From positions 3,104,001 to 3,168,000 of the forward strand of contig OZ253470.1 in NCBI GenBank assembly GCA_965261735.1: a DNA stretch of 64,000 bases. The letters run 5' to 3'. This DNA comes from Alphaproteobacteria bacterium (GTDB lineage: Bacteria > Pseudomonadota > Alphaproteobacteria > SHVV01). Position numbers and translations under genes: made by a program. The notes below the pieces were generated by a model that was not told the origin of the DNA, did not search any database, and saw nothing but the letters and a program-made list of their open reading frames with translations. Positions 1 to 9,931 of the stretch are shown here, piece after piece. The number at the start of each line of letters is the position of its first letter. Within the stretch, counting starts at the first letter, position 1.

Positions 1-1051
1 TTAGGCCGACCTCGTTGACGAATATCTCCGCCTCCTTGGCGTGGTACATGCCGTAGGTCATCCAGGTGCAGTTACCGGTATCGCTCCCGGCCAGCAGCCG
101 GATGCCCCGGGCGTGCGCCTTGCGGCAGGTTTCGATGCAGGCGTTCATATGGCGCATGAGCAGCGCCTCCTCGTCGAGGTAGAAGCCGAAGCCGCCCTCG
201 CGCTGCAGCGCCAGGATGGCGCTGGTGAAGGTCGGCATGAGGGCGGTGCCGGCGGCGGCCATCGCATCGAGGTCGTCCTCGGTCGCGAAGTCGGCGTGCA
301 GGACCCAGTCGACGCCAGCCTCCGTCGCCGCGCGGGTCGAGGCCGAGCCGCGCGAGTGGATGGTGACCTTAAGATGGCGGCGGTGGGCCTCAGCGACCAC
401 GGCCGCGAGCTCGTTGTCGGGAAAGGCCTGAAAGTCGCCCCAGTCGCTGTCGATCATCTTGATGAAGTTGACGCCGTTCTTGGCTTGGCGCCGCACTTCC
501 TTGACCAGCGCTTCCACGCCGTCGCACAAGACAGAATGGACATGGCGCGGCGTACCGACCCAGGTCGGCTCGCGATCGCCGCCGGCGCCGACCGTGCACA
601 GGATACGGCCGGCACAGAAGATGCGCGGCCCCTCGATCAAGCCGGCGTTGATGGCCTCACGCACGGCGACGTCGGTGAACCAGGCGCCGCCCGGGACCGA
701 GATGCTGGTGACGCCGGCGCGCAGCACCTGCTGGGCGTTCATCGCCGAGCGCAGGGCACCGAATTCCGGGCTGGTGTTGGCTTTTGCGACCTTGACTCCG
801 ACGTAGCCGGGTTGGCCGAAGGTCAGATGGACATGCGCGTCGATCAGGCCGGGCATGATCCACTGCCCTGCCGCGTCGATGACCTCGACCCGATCGCGGT
901 CGTCGAGGTTGACGCCGCGCGGGAGCGCGCCGATGCTCATGATGCGATTGCCCGATATGACCACGGCGTCGCTGCTGGCGGCCGGACTGCCGGTGCCGTC
1001 GATGAGCGTACCGCCCCGGATCACGATCGTCTTGTCCGCGCTCCCTATCAT
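1..1051 (-). CDS. Metal-dependent amidohydrolase (runs off the window edge)
   Basis: Not in the ORF track. Translated by hand from ATG at 1051: MIGSADKTIVIRGGTLIDGTG...IMPGLIDAHVHL...VTIHSRG...LLAGSDTG, with the HxH metal motif. Open to position 1. Confidence 0.85.
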   Translation of the reverse strand, partial: MIGSADKTIVIRGGTLIDGTGSPAASSDAVVISGNRIMSIGALPRGVNLDDRDRVEVIDAAGQWIMPGLIDAHVHLTFGQPGYVGVKVAKANTSPEFGALRSAMNAQQVLRAGVTSISVPGGAWFTDVAVREAINAGLIEGPRIFCAGRILCTVGAGGDREPTWVGTPRHVHSVLCDGVEALVKEVRRQAKNGVNFIKMIDSDWGDFQAFPDNELAAVVAEAHRRHLKVTIHSRGSASTRAATEAGVDWVLHADFATEDDLDAMAAAGTALMPTFTSAILALQREGGFGFYLDEEALLMRHMNACIETCRKAHARGIRLLAGSDTGNCTWMTYGMYHAKEAEIFVNEVGL

Positions 1052-1182
1052 GCCGATCACCCCTGCAAATCCCGCCTTTCGACCGTCTCTTTCGATGGTA
1101 AGGGCGCACCATGAGCCGGTCAACCGGACGCGCGGGGTGTCCCCGCCTGCGCGCTTGCCCGCTGGAGCGTAGGCTTCTCCTC

Positions 1183-2103
1183 GTGAACCTCGGGACCATT
1201 CTCCGCGAGATCGTCGTAGAGGCCGATCCTCAGCTCGGCATCGGCAAGGTCGCCGACTACATCCCGGCGCTGGCGGCGGCCGATCCGCGCCAATTCGGGA
1301 TCGCGCTGACCACCATCGAGGGCGATCACTTCGAAGCCGGCAACGCGCAACGGGCTTTCTCCATCCAGAGCATATCCAAGGTCTTCACGCTGACGATGGC
1401 GCTCGAGCTCGTGGGCCCGCAATTGTGGTCGCGGGTCGGCCGCGAGCCGTCGGGGACACCCTTCAACTCGTTGGTTCAGCTCGAGTACGAGCACGGCATC
1501 CCGCGCAACCCGTTCATCAATCCGGGTGCGATGATCGTCACCGACGTCATCCTGTCGCACTGCGCGGCGGGTGACGGGATTGGCGCCATCCTTAGGTTCG
1601 TGCGCGGTCTCGCCGACGACGAGACGATCCGCATCGATCCCGAGGTGGCCCGATCGGAGAAGGCGTACGGCCACCGCAACGTCGCCCTGGCCAGCCTGAT
1701 GAAGAGCTTCGGCAACGTCCACAACAACGTCGAGGACGTCCTCGACATCTACTTCCACCAATGCGCGCTGGAGATGAACTGCGGCGAGCTGTCGCGCTCG
1801 CTCCTCTATCTGGCCAACGACGGCGTCGACCCCTAGACCCACCGCACCGTCGTGGCGCCGGAGCGGGCCAGGCGAATCAACTCGCTCATGCTGACCTGCG
1901 GCCACTATGACGCGTCGGGCGATTTCGCGTTTCGCGTGGGCCTGCCGGGCAAGAGCGGGGTCGGCGGCGGCATCGTGGCCGTCGTGCCGGGCCGCCTCGC
2001 GATCGCGGTATGGTCACCGGCGTTGAACCCACAGGGAAGCTCGCACGCGGGCACCCTCGCGCTGGAAGCCTTCGCGGCCAAGACCGGGTTCTCGGTCTTC
2101 TAG
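1183..2103 (+). pseudogene. glsA: Glutaminase with one in-frame TAG at 1834-1836
   Basis: GKVADYIPAL, FSIQSISKVF, PRNPFINPG and [11 protein letters not shown] motifs. ORFs 1111..1836 and 1852..2103 are in the same frame. Start taken at GTG 1183 (307 codons). Confidence 0.85.
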
Positions 2104-2126
2104 CCAGCCGCCCCGTGGGGCGATGC

Positions 2127-2552
2127 CTAACGGCCGGGGCTCTCGATCACCTCGAAATCGTGCGTGATCTCGGCCGTCTTGCCGATCATCGCCGAGGCCG
2201 AGCAGTACTTCTCGGCCGATAGCTCGATGGCGCGCTCGACCTTGGCCGGGTCGAGGCCGCGGCCGGTGACCGTGAAGTGCACGTGAACGCGGGTGAAGAC
2301 CTGGGGATCCTCCTCCTCACGCTCGGCCTCGAGGTCGACCACACAATCCTCAATCGGCTCACGGCCGCGCTCGAGGATGTGCACCACGTCGAACGCCGTG
2401 CAACCGCCCAAGCCGATGAGCACCAACTCCATGGGACTTGCGCACAGCGTCGGCGAGTCGGGGCTCGAGCGTGCGCCCAACGTCATCGTGTAGCCGCTCC
2501 CCGATTCGCCGACGAACATCCGGTTTTCGATCCACGTGATGCGCGCTTTCAT
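2127..2552 (-). CDS. OsmC/YhfA family protein
   Basis: SPMELVLIGLGGCTAFDV and SAEKYCSAS conserved Cys motifs. Confidence 0.85.
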   Translation of the reverse strand: MKARITWIENRMFVGESGSGYTMTLGARSSPDSPTLCASPMELVLIGLGGCTAFDVVHILERGREPIEDCVVDLEAEREEEDPQVFTRVHVHFTVTGRGLDPAKVERAIELSAEKYCSASAMIGKTAEITHDFEVIESPGR

Positions 2553-2624
2553 ACGGCTCCGCCTTCCCGGCGCAAGCACGGGCGGGTGTCTATCGAGGCG
2601 GCGTGTGCCGCCCTACGTGCGCGC

Positions 2625-3266
2625 CTAGAAGCGATAGGCGACACCAACGCCGAACACCCAGGGGTCGAGATCGACACCGGCCAGAATGGCCCCACCGTTG
2701 AGCGCAACATCCGTATTTAGAAAAACCTTCTTAAGGTCGAAGTTGAGGGCCCAGCGCCGATCGATCGCGACGTCGAAACCGACCTGCAGCGCCCATCCGA
2801 AGTTGTTCTCGTAGTCAATCGCGGTCACCGTCCCGCGGGGTGCGTCCTGGTCGTAGAAGATCGTGTAGTTGACCCCGGCACCGACGTAGGGGCGGAGGTT
2901 CCGGTCGGGAAAGAGATGATACTGCAGCGTCAATATCGGCGGCAACAATGACACGCGCCCGAGATCGACGTTGCCGAGCGTCGAGCCGTTGTCGTGCATG
3001 TTATGGCGGGTCGTGGCGGGAACGAGTTCGGCGGCCCAGTTCTTGTTGAAGAAATAGGTGATATCGAGCTCAGGCACGTAGTCGTTGTCGGCATCGACGC
3101 TGCCGCCGATCGCGCTGACGCTGCTGCTGACATCGGGCATGAACGCCACCGTGCGCACCCTCACCAGCCAGGAGTCCGCGGCCTCGGCCAATCCAACGGA
3201 TGCGCCGAGGACGAACGCCACGATCATCAGGATGTGGGCGCCCTGGCGACGCGATGGCCGCGTCAT
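2625..3266 (-). CDS. ompW: OmpW family outer-membrane protein
   Basis: Signal peptide, PELDITYFF, LPPILTLQYH, RPYVGAGVNYT, terminal YRF. Confidence 0.9.
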   Translation of the reverse strand: MTRPSRRQGAHILMIVAFVLGASVGLAEAADSWLVRVRTVAFMPDVSSSVSAIGGSVDADNDYVPELDITYFFNKNWAAELVPATTRHNMHDNGSTLGNVDLGRVSLLPPILTLQYHLFPDRNLRPYVGAGVNYTIFYDQDAPRGTVTAIDYENNFGWALQVGFDVAIDRRWALNFDLKKVFLNTDVALNGGAILAGVDLDPWVFGVGVAYRF

Positions 3267-3352
3267 TCCTGGGGATGGCGTACCGCGACCGGGGCGAGGC
3301 CCCGGGTGGCCGCGGCCCGCTGCAAGGGCCCGCCCGGGACGCCGGTGGGGCG

Positions 3353-4507
3353 CTAGTAGTTGGGCCCGTTGAGCGCGAGCCAGACCAGCTTGTCGAAGTG
3401 GTGCGTGCCGTGCTCGCTCTGCCACGACCGCTCACGATCGACCATGAGCCGCCCTTGCGTGTAACCGCGCGCGTGCACGCCGAGCTGCTGCTTCTCCATC
3501 GTCGTAATATCCTGGGGCGCGAGCACGTTGCGCCAGTAATTCATGCTTCCAAGGTCCTTCTCGGTGGCCGGCTCGTGGAGGCAGAAATTGTCGACGTTCT
3601 GGAGACACGACTCGAGGCCGGTAGGCATGATGTGGATGACCTTGATGTTGCTGTCGCCGCGGTGGGCCACGAAGAGCAGGTTGGGCCAGATGAACCAGAT
3701 ATGTCCGTCGGTGATGTCGTCGTCGGGCCCGAAATCAAAGGGGAGCGTATCCCGCTTCTCACGGATGACTTCTTTGTTGCCGCGGGTAATCGTGGTCGAC
3801 CAGAACTCGTGCTCGGTGACCTCGAAGCTCGGGACCAGGTAGGTGTCCTTGCCCATGATCTGCGGGTGAATCACCGGGCAGTGGTAGCACTCCATTTGAT
3901 CGAAGCTGAACTTCCAATTGGCCTCGATCACGTAGGGATCGCGGCGAGCCAGCACGAGGTCGTCGAAACCGGGGATCGCGTCCTTGAACTCCTGCGCGAT
4001 GCCTCCCGCCATGCTTTCGAGCGTCGGCGCATCCGCATCGAAGTTGACGAACACCATATGGGCGAGCTGCTCGACGCGGATCTCGGGTAGGCAGAAGTCG
4101 TCGTGCGCGAACCCGGCGACATTTTCCGAGTTGCCGGCCGCCTTGAGGTTGCCGTCGAGATCATAGGTCCAGGCATGGAACGGGCAGGTGATCATGCGCG
4201 TATTGCCCTTGTCCGCCAGCAGGATGTGGCCGCGGTGCATGCACACGTTGTAGAAGGCGCGCAAGCGCCCGTCCTTGGCCCTGACGACAAAGACCGGTTG
4301 ATCGATGATGGTCGCGGTGATGTAGTCGCCGGGCTCCGTGAGGTCATGCCGGTAGCCGACGAACTGCCAGGTCTTGAAGAAGATCTCCTCCTTCTCGCGG
4401 GCGAATATGTCGGGATCGTGGTAGTAATGCCCGGGCAGGGTGTAGGAAAGCTCCGCGTTCGGGTGGAACCTGCTCTTCGTCCGCAACGCCGACACGTTCG
4501 ATGCCAT
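3353..4507 (-). CDS. Rieske non-heme iron oxygenase alpha subunit, CntA/YeaW-like
   Basis: Rieske CMHRG...CPFH, mononuclear site ECYHCPVIH with bridging Glu, C-terminal GYTQGRLMVD...SEHG as in CntA/YeaW. Confidence 0.8.
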   Translation of the reverse strand: MASNVSALRTKSRFHPNAELSYTLPGHYYHDPDIFAREKEEIFFKTWQFVGYRHDLTEPGDYITATIIDQPVFVVRAKDGRLRAFYNVCMHRGHILLADKGNTRMITCPFHAWTYDLDGNLKAAGNSENVAGFAHDDFCLPEIRVEQLAHMVFVNFDADAPTLESMAGGIAQEFKDAIPGFDDLVLARRDPYVIEANWKFSFDQMECYHCPVIHPQIMGKDTYLVPSFEVTEHEFWSTTITRGNKEVIREKRDTLPFDFGPDDDITDGHIWFIWPNLLFVAHRGDSNIKVIHIMPTGLESCLQNVDNFCLHEPATEKDLGSMNYWRNVLAPQDITTMEKQQLGVHARGYTQGRLMVDRERSWQSEHGTHHFDKLVWLALNGPNY

Positions 4508-4601
4508 GATCGACCTCCTTCGACACACCCCGCTCGCGCCCAGCGCGGCGGCGACCGTGCCCGGAGTGTGGCGCGACGACGCCACCCGGTCAACGAATCT
4601 G

Positions 4602-5351
4602 ATGACGGCCGCGCCGCACCGGGCCGCGAGCTCGGTGGCCTGCTGGGCCCGACCACGCTGGGCGCTCTGCCTGCTGTCGGCAGCCGCGGGCCTCGTCATG
4701 GCGGCTACGGCGGCGGCCCAGGACGGCGGCGCGCAGCGGACCGTGTCGGTGACCGGCCAGGGCCAAGTGGCGATGGCACCGGACACCGCCCGAATCGCCG
4801 CCGGCGTGACCACGCAGGCCGCCACCGCCAGCGCGGCGCTCAAGACCAACTCAGCGCACATGAACGAGGTTCTCTCGGGCCTCGCCGGGCTCGGCATTGC
4901 GGCCAACAGGATCCAAACTTCGGGCTTCTCGGTGACCCCTCAGCTCGAGCAAAGATCGCCGGGCTCCAGGTCTCCGCCCAGGATCGTCGGCTACCGCGTC
5001 GCCAATCGGGTCAGCGTCTCCGTCGACGACCTGGCGCGGCTGGGGACCGTGCTCGACCGCCTGGTTGCGCTCGGCGCGACCGACCTCCACGGCATCACCT
5101 TTGGCGTCGCCGAGCGGGCGCGCGCCCTGGACCCGGCGCGCGAAGCCGCGTTTGGGGACGCGCGGCGCAAGGCCGCGCTTTATGCCCAGGCCGTTGGGGC
5201 CGTGCTGGGGCCGGTCCTGACGATTCGCGAGGGCGAGGTCGCGGCGCCGCGGCCGCTGGCGGTGATGCGCGCCGCATCCGGGATCGTGCCGGTGGCCAAG
5301 GGAGAGCAGATCCTGACGGTCACCATCTCGGTGACGTTCGCGCTCCAGTAG
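4602..5351 (+). CDS. SIMPL (DUF541) periplasmic protein
   Basis: Signal peptide, RTVSVTGQGQV..PD, IQTSGFSVTP, GYRVAN, ends VTFALQ. Confidence 0.85.
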   Translation: MTAAPHRAASSVACWARPRWALCLLSAAAGLVMAATAAAQDGGAQRTVSVTGQGQVAMAPDTARIAAGVTTQAATASAALKTNSAHMNEVLSGLAGLGIAANRIQTSGFSVTPQLEQRSPGSRSPPRIVGYRVANRVSVSVDDLARLGTVLDRLVALGATDLHGITFGVAERARALDPAREAAFGDARRKAALYAQAVGAVLGPVLTIREGEVAAPRPLAVMRAASGIVPVAKGEQILTVTISVTFALQ

Positions 5352-5395
5352 CCGGCTTGGCCGCGCCGATCGCGGCGGAACGAGGGGACGCCGCG

Positions 5396-6202
5396 ATGGC
5401 GGACGCAATGATCGAATCTGGGCTGCCCGAGGCGCCGATCTCGGTTCTCGGCAAGGTCGCCCTCGTGACCGGCGCGACCTCGGGTATTGGACGCGGCATC
5501 GCCGAGCTTTTCGCCCGCTCCGGCGCGAAGGTGGTACTGAGCGGGCGCGACGAGGCGCGCGGCGCACAAGCCTGCGAAGCCATCACGCGCAGCGGCGGCG
5601 AGGCCGCGTTCATCGCCGGCGACATTCGTGACGCCGCATTCTGTGCGACGCTGGTCGAGGACGCCGCGGCCCGGCACGGCCGCCTCGACATTCTCGTCAA
5701 CAGCGCGGCTATTCTCCATCCGGGTCCTGCCGAGCGCATCAGCGACGCGCAATGGCACGAGACTCTGGCCATCAACGTAAGCGCGGTGTTCTTTCTCAGC
5801 CGGGCGGCGGTCGCGGTCATGCAGCGCCAGGGCGGCGGCGCCATCATCAACGTCGCGTCCGACTGGGGGCTGGTCGGGGGGCGCGGCGCCGTCGCCTACT
5901 GCGCGAGCAAGGGGGCCGTCATCCAGATGACGCGGGCGATGGCGCTCGACTACGCGACACAGGGCATTCGCGTCAACGCAATGTGCCCCGGCGCGACCTA
6001 TACGCCGATGCTCGACAACGAGTTCAAGGATCTCGGTATCAGCGCCGCGGAGGGCGAGAAGTACACGAGCGAGGCTGTGCCCCTACAGCGCATCGCTCAG
6101 GTTGCGGAAGTGGCGCCGGCCGCCTTGTTTCTGGCCTCGGACGCGGCCGCCTACATTACCGGCATCGCCCTACCGGTCGACGGCGGCAGCACCGCCGATT
6201 GA
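5396..6202 (+). CDS. SDR family oxidoreductase
   Basis: TGATSGIG, YCASK, DGG C-terminus. Confidence 0.9.
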   Translation: MADAMIESGLPEAPISVLGKVALVTGATSGIGRGIAELFARSGAKVVLSGRDEARGAQACEAITRSGGEAAFIAGDIRDAAFCATLVEDAAARHGRLDILVNSAAILHPGPAERISDAQWHETLAINVSAVFFLSRAAVAVMQRQGGGAIINVASDWGLVGGRGAVAYCASKGAVIQMTRAMALDYATQGIRVNAMCPGATYTPMLDNEFKDLGISAAEGEKYTSEAVPLQRIAQVAEVAPAALFLASDAAAYITGIALPVDGGSTAD

Positions 6203-6230
6203 CCCATCGGCGCGGCCGCGGCGCGCGGCT

Positions 6231-7076
6231 CTACTCCTTGGCTTGTTCCCGATCGCTGCCGTCGGGATTGAACAGCGTCACCCGGGCACCCTGGCGCGCG
6301 TTGGCGACGATCTCCGTCATCACGCGACGCGCCTCCTCCTCGCGCAGCGCGTCGACCGAATCCTCGAAGCTCGGCGGCGCACCCTGGCGGCGGCCCTCGA
6401 CCCTGATGACGTGCCAACCGAACTGAGTCTTGACCGGCATCGTCGTGATCTCTCCATCGCCGATGGCGAAGGCCGCGTCGGCGAATTCCGGCACCATCTT
6501 GCCGTGGGCGAAGTACCCGAGATCGCCGCCACTGGACGCCGAGGGGCCGCGCGATCTCATACTCGCCAGGTCCACGAAATCGGCGCCCGCCTGAAGCTCG
6601 GCGATGACCGCGAGCGCATCTTTCTCGTTTTCCAGCAGAATGTGCCGGGCGTGGACCTCCGTCTCACCGCCCTGCGCGGCGATCGTCTCCGAGTAGGCGA
6701 TGCGAAGCCGCTCGTCGGTCACCGCTGCGTCGATCCCGCGCACGATGTAGGTCTCATGGAGGATACCCTCGATCGACAGCGCGATGCGGCGCTTGATCTT
6801 GGTGTCCTCCAAGAGCCCGGCCCCGCGCGCAAGGTTCGCAACCACGACACGGTCGACAAGGCTCTCGACGAGTTGATCGAAGAGGAGATCGACCGGCATG
6901 CGCCGATATTGTTGCGGCAGGGTCGAGTGCAGGAGGGCCACGTCGGAGCTGTAGATCTCGGTGCCATCGACGCGAGCCACGACAACATCGTCCGCGGAGC
7001 CGCTCTGCGCCAGCGCTCCGCCGGCCGCGCTGATCGCGCCAGCAAGGATCGCGGCGCGGAAGATGGATCGGCTCAT
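6231..7076 (-). CDS. Parvulin-type peptidyl-prolyl isomerase (PpiC/PrsA-like)
   Basis: HARHIL, GGDLGYF, MVPEF, KTQFGWHVI; signal peptide. Confidence 0.9.
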   Translation of the reverse strand: MSRSIFRAAILAGAISAAGGALAQSGSADDVVVARVDGTEIYSSDVALLHSTLPQQYRRMPVDLLFDQLVESLVDRVVVANLARGAGLLEDTKIKRRIALSIEGILHETYIVRGIDAAVTDERLRIAYSETIAAQGGETEVHARHILLENEKDALAVIAELQAGADFVDLASMRSRGPSASSGGDLGYFAHGKMVPEFADAAFAIGDGEITTMPVKTQFGWHVIRVEGRRQGAPPSFEDSVDALREEEARRVMTEIVANARQGARVTLFNPDGSDREQAKE

Positions 7077-7272
7077 GCATAGCTCCTTCTGTCAGGTCGT
7101 CGCTGCGCGACACGCTGTGGCACCGTGGGTAGCGGGGCCCGGCTGACTTTAACCATGGGCCCACGGCGCCCGAAGGGGCGGCCGACACACGATATCGTGA
7201 ACCCCTCATCGTATCGCTGGGCTACAGGGTTGTCGTGTATATTTGGGATGTTGCCAGCGCCTGGACACCGAG

Positions 7273-7953
7273 ATGGCAGAACCCGCGGAACCCGCAGACT
7301 TCGCCACCCTGCGCCACGAGATGGTGGAGCAGATCGCGCTCAATGCGAGCTTGGTGTGCGACAAGACCGGTAGGAGCGCCTTGAGGGAGCGGGTCATGGA
7401 TATCATGGCCAAGGTGCCCCGCCACGAGTTCGTACCCGCCGAACTCAGGTTGTTCGCCTACATCGATTCGCCGCTACCCATCGGCTACGGCAAGACGATC
7501 TCGCAACCCTTCATCGTCGCTCTCATGACCGATCTGCTCGAGCTCGACCCCGACGATCGTGTGCTCGAGATCGGTACCGGTCTCGGCTACCAGGCCGCCG
7601 TGCTAGCCGAGCTGGTGCACAAGGTCCGCTCGGTCGAACTCATCGAGGAGCTCGCCGACGACGCCAGGCGGCGCTTGCGCGCTTTGGGGTATAGCGGGGT
7701 CGAAATGCGCGTCGGCGACGGCAATCAGGGATGGCCGGAGCACGGACCGTACGACAAGATCATCGTCACGGCGGCACCCGACCTGATACCTCCCGCGCTG
7801 CTCCAGCAGATCAAGCCCGAGGGCAAGATGGTTATTCCCGCGGGCCTCGAGTCGTCCCAGGTATTGATGCTGGTCGAAAAGGACAGCGCCGGCCGCACCA
7901 GCACGCGCGAGATCCTTCCGGTCCGCTTTTCCCGACTCGTCACCAGCCACTAG
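7273..7953 (+). CDS. pcm: Protein-L-isoaspartate O-methyltransferase
   Basis: VPRHEFVP, TISQPFIVA, VLEIGTGLGYQAA, PYDKIIVTAA. Confidence 0.9.
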   Translation: MAEPAEPADFATLRHEMVEQIALNASLVCDKTGRSALRERVMDIMAKVPRHEFVPAELRLFAYIDSPLPIGYGKTISQPFIVALMTDLLELDPDDRVLEIGTGLGYQAAVLAELVHKVRSVELIEELADDARRRLRALGYSGVEMRVGDGNQGWPEHGPYDKIIVTAAPDLIPPALLQQIKPEGKMVIPAGLESSQVLMLVEKDSAGRTSTREILPVRFSRLVTSH

Positions 7954-7965
7954 CACCTCACGCGG

Positions 7966-9033
7966 TCACCGTCGATCACCCGGCAGGACGCCGCCATCGA
8001 ACTCGCCGCCGGACGGCAACGGGGCCCCCACGTCATTTATCCAGGCCAGGATGTCTCGCCACACGACCTCCGCCTGAAGGTCGCGCAGCAGCATGTGGTA
8101 GCCATCGGGATAATGGGCGGTGCGGTGGCGCCCCGCGACGCGGCGCAGCATCATCGCCGTCGGCTTCCTGCGAATGATCTCGTCGTTGGCGCCGTATAGA
8201 ATCAGCGCCGGATGAGCGAGCCGCGGAGCCTCGGCCAGCGCGGCGTCCATGAGGTTGACGAGGCCGTACGTCGAGTCGATCCGCGTCTCCTTGATGACCA
8301 GCGGATCGCGCCCGAGCGCGCGTAGCATGTCGGTATTGTCCGATGGCGTGATGCCGAGGCCGCGGGCGCTAACCAGGTTCCACGGCGCGACATGCGCGCC
8401 GAGCCACAGCGCCGCCCGGTAGAGCGGGTTCATCGTTGCCCGGCCCCATACGGCGGGCGCCACCAGGACAACCCCGGCGACGCCGCGCGGCGCGGGATCG
8501 GCGGCCATGGCGACCATGATCACCGCGCCCCCCATGCTATGGCCGAGAAGGTAGAGCGGCGTTGCGGGGTGTCGGCGATGAACGAACGCCGTGAACGCGC
8601 GCAGGTCCTCGACCAACGCCACAATCCCCGGCCACAGGCCGGGCTCCCCGGTGGCGCCGAAGCCGCGCTGGTCATAGGCGTAAGTGGTGATGCCGCCCTC
8701 CGCCCACCAGGTGGCCGGTGCCGCGAAGGCGTTGCCGTAGTCGTTGAAGCCGTGGAGCGCGATGATGACCGCGCGTGGCTCGGGTGAGCCGGCGCGCGGA
8801 TGCCACACGCGATAGGCGAGGACGCGGCCGTCGCCGGCCACGAGGTGGAGCCCCTCGAGCGCCGGCGAACCGCCGAGCGGTCCTGGTGCCTGCACCTGCG
8901 GGGCGCAGGTCGTCAGCGCCAGCCCGAGGGCGAGCGCTCGTCCCGCCCCGAACACGCGCTTTGCCTTGCGCGACGCGGACCGCCACCTTACAGCGGTCGC
9001 CCCTCTTCCATGCACGACGGGCTCATGGCGCAT
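7966..9033 (-). CDS. Alpha/beta hydrolase, lysophospholipase-like (start uncertain)
   Basis: LHGFND, DQRGFG, GHSMGG nucleophile, GYHML. Confidence 0.85.
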   Translation of the reverse strand: MRHEPVVHGRGATAVRWRSASRKAKRVFGAGRALALGLALTTCAPQVQAPGPLGGSPALEGLHLVAGDGRVLAYRVWHPRAGSPEPRAVIIALHGFNDYGNAFAAPATWWAEGGITTYAYDQRGFGATGEPGLWPGIVALVEDLRAFTAFVHRRHPATPLYLLGHSMGGAVIMVAMAADPAPRGVAGVVLVAPAVWGRATMNPLYRAALWLGAHVAPWNLVSARGLGITPSDNTDMLRALGRDPLVIKETRIDSTYGLVNLMDAALAEAPRLAHPALILYGANDEIIRRKPTAMMLRRVAGRHRTAHYPDGYHMLLRDLQAEVVWRDILAWINDVGAPLPSGGEFDGGVLPGDRR

Positions 9034-9166
9034 TGCGGCCCGGCTCGTGTGCGCGAAATCAGCAGCGGGCTTACCGGAAAGGCTTTTCACACGGTTCCGC
9101 ATTCAATAGGTTTGGCGCCCAGGCGCGGGGGCAGCTATCGCGGCGCCGGGCGGTTTGAGGGGACCC

Positions 9167-9931
9167 ATGGCATCACTAGACGACGAAAAACTCATACATC
9201 TCTTCACGACGCCGATCCTCAAATACATTTGGCCCGACAGCGAGCAGCTCAATCGCCGACTACGCCGGGCCATTCTCAAGGAGGAGAGCGTCAGCGCGGG
9301 TACCACCTACAGCTCGGTCGGCGGCTGGCAGTCGAACGAGGACTTCCAGAGCTGGGCCGGCGAGGCCGGCCGGACGATCGTCCAGCAGGTCGCGGAGATG
9401 GTCCAGCACGCGACCCACGAGATCCACTCCACCTACCGCGGCCAGGTCGAGCGCAACACCTGGTCGATCTCGGTATGGGCCAACGTGAACCGCAAGGGCG
9501 ACTACCACCGCAACCACCTCCACCCGGGCTCGACCTGGTCGGGCGTCTACATCGTCGACAGCGGCAACGTCAAGACGAGCCCGCCACAGAGCGGCATGCT
9601 GGCACTCATGAACGCCAATCTCGCGTCGCCGATGAGCTTCTACCGCGACGCCATTCCGCTGCGCTACGGTATTCACCCTGAGCCCGGGCTCATGGTGATC
9701 TGGCCGAGCTATCTCGTCCACATGGTGCATCCGCACCAGGGCCGGCGAACCCGCGTCTCGATCTCCTTCAACATCAAGAAGGAACCTTGCCTATCCGGGT
9801 TACACCCACACCCACTAGGGCTAGAATGGGCGCAACCCGGATATAGGGGAGCGCGCCATGGATGTTCTCGACCGCGCCGATCTCCCATTCCCGCATTCGC
9901 TACCCGAGTTCCAGCGACTTTTCCCCGATGA
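9167..9931 (+). CDS. TIGR02466-like putative 2OG-Fe(II) oxygenase, C-terminus replaced by IS sequence
   Basis: GGWQS, WANVN, HLH..STWSGVY, PSYLVHMVHP, RVSISFN. Native ending (YP-stop) is displaced to 10899-10909. Confidence 0.8.
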   Translation: MASLDDEKLIHLFTTPILKYIWPDSEQLNRRLRRAILKEESVSAGTTYSSVGGWQSNEDFQSWAGEAGRTIVQQVAEMVQHATHEIHSTYRGQVERNTWSISVWANVNRKGDYHRNHLHPGSTWSGVYIVDSGNVKTSPPQSGMLALMNANLASPMSFYRDAIPLRYGIHPEPGLMVIWPSYLVHMVHPHQGRRTRVSISFNIKKEPCLSGLHPHPLGLEWAQPGYRGARHGCSRPRRSPIPAFATRVPATFPR

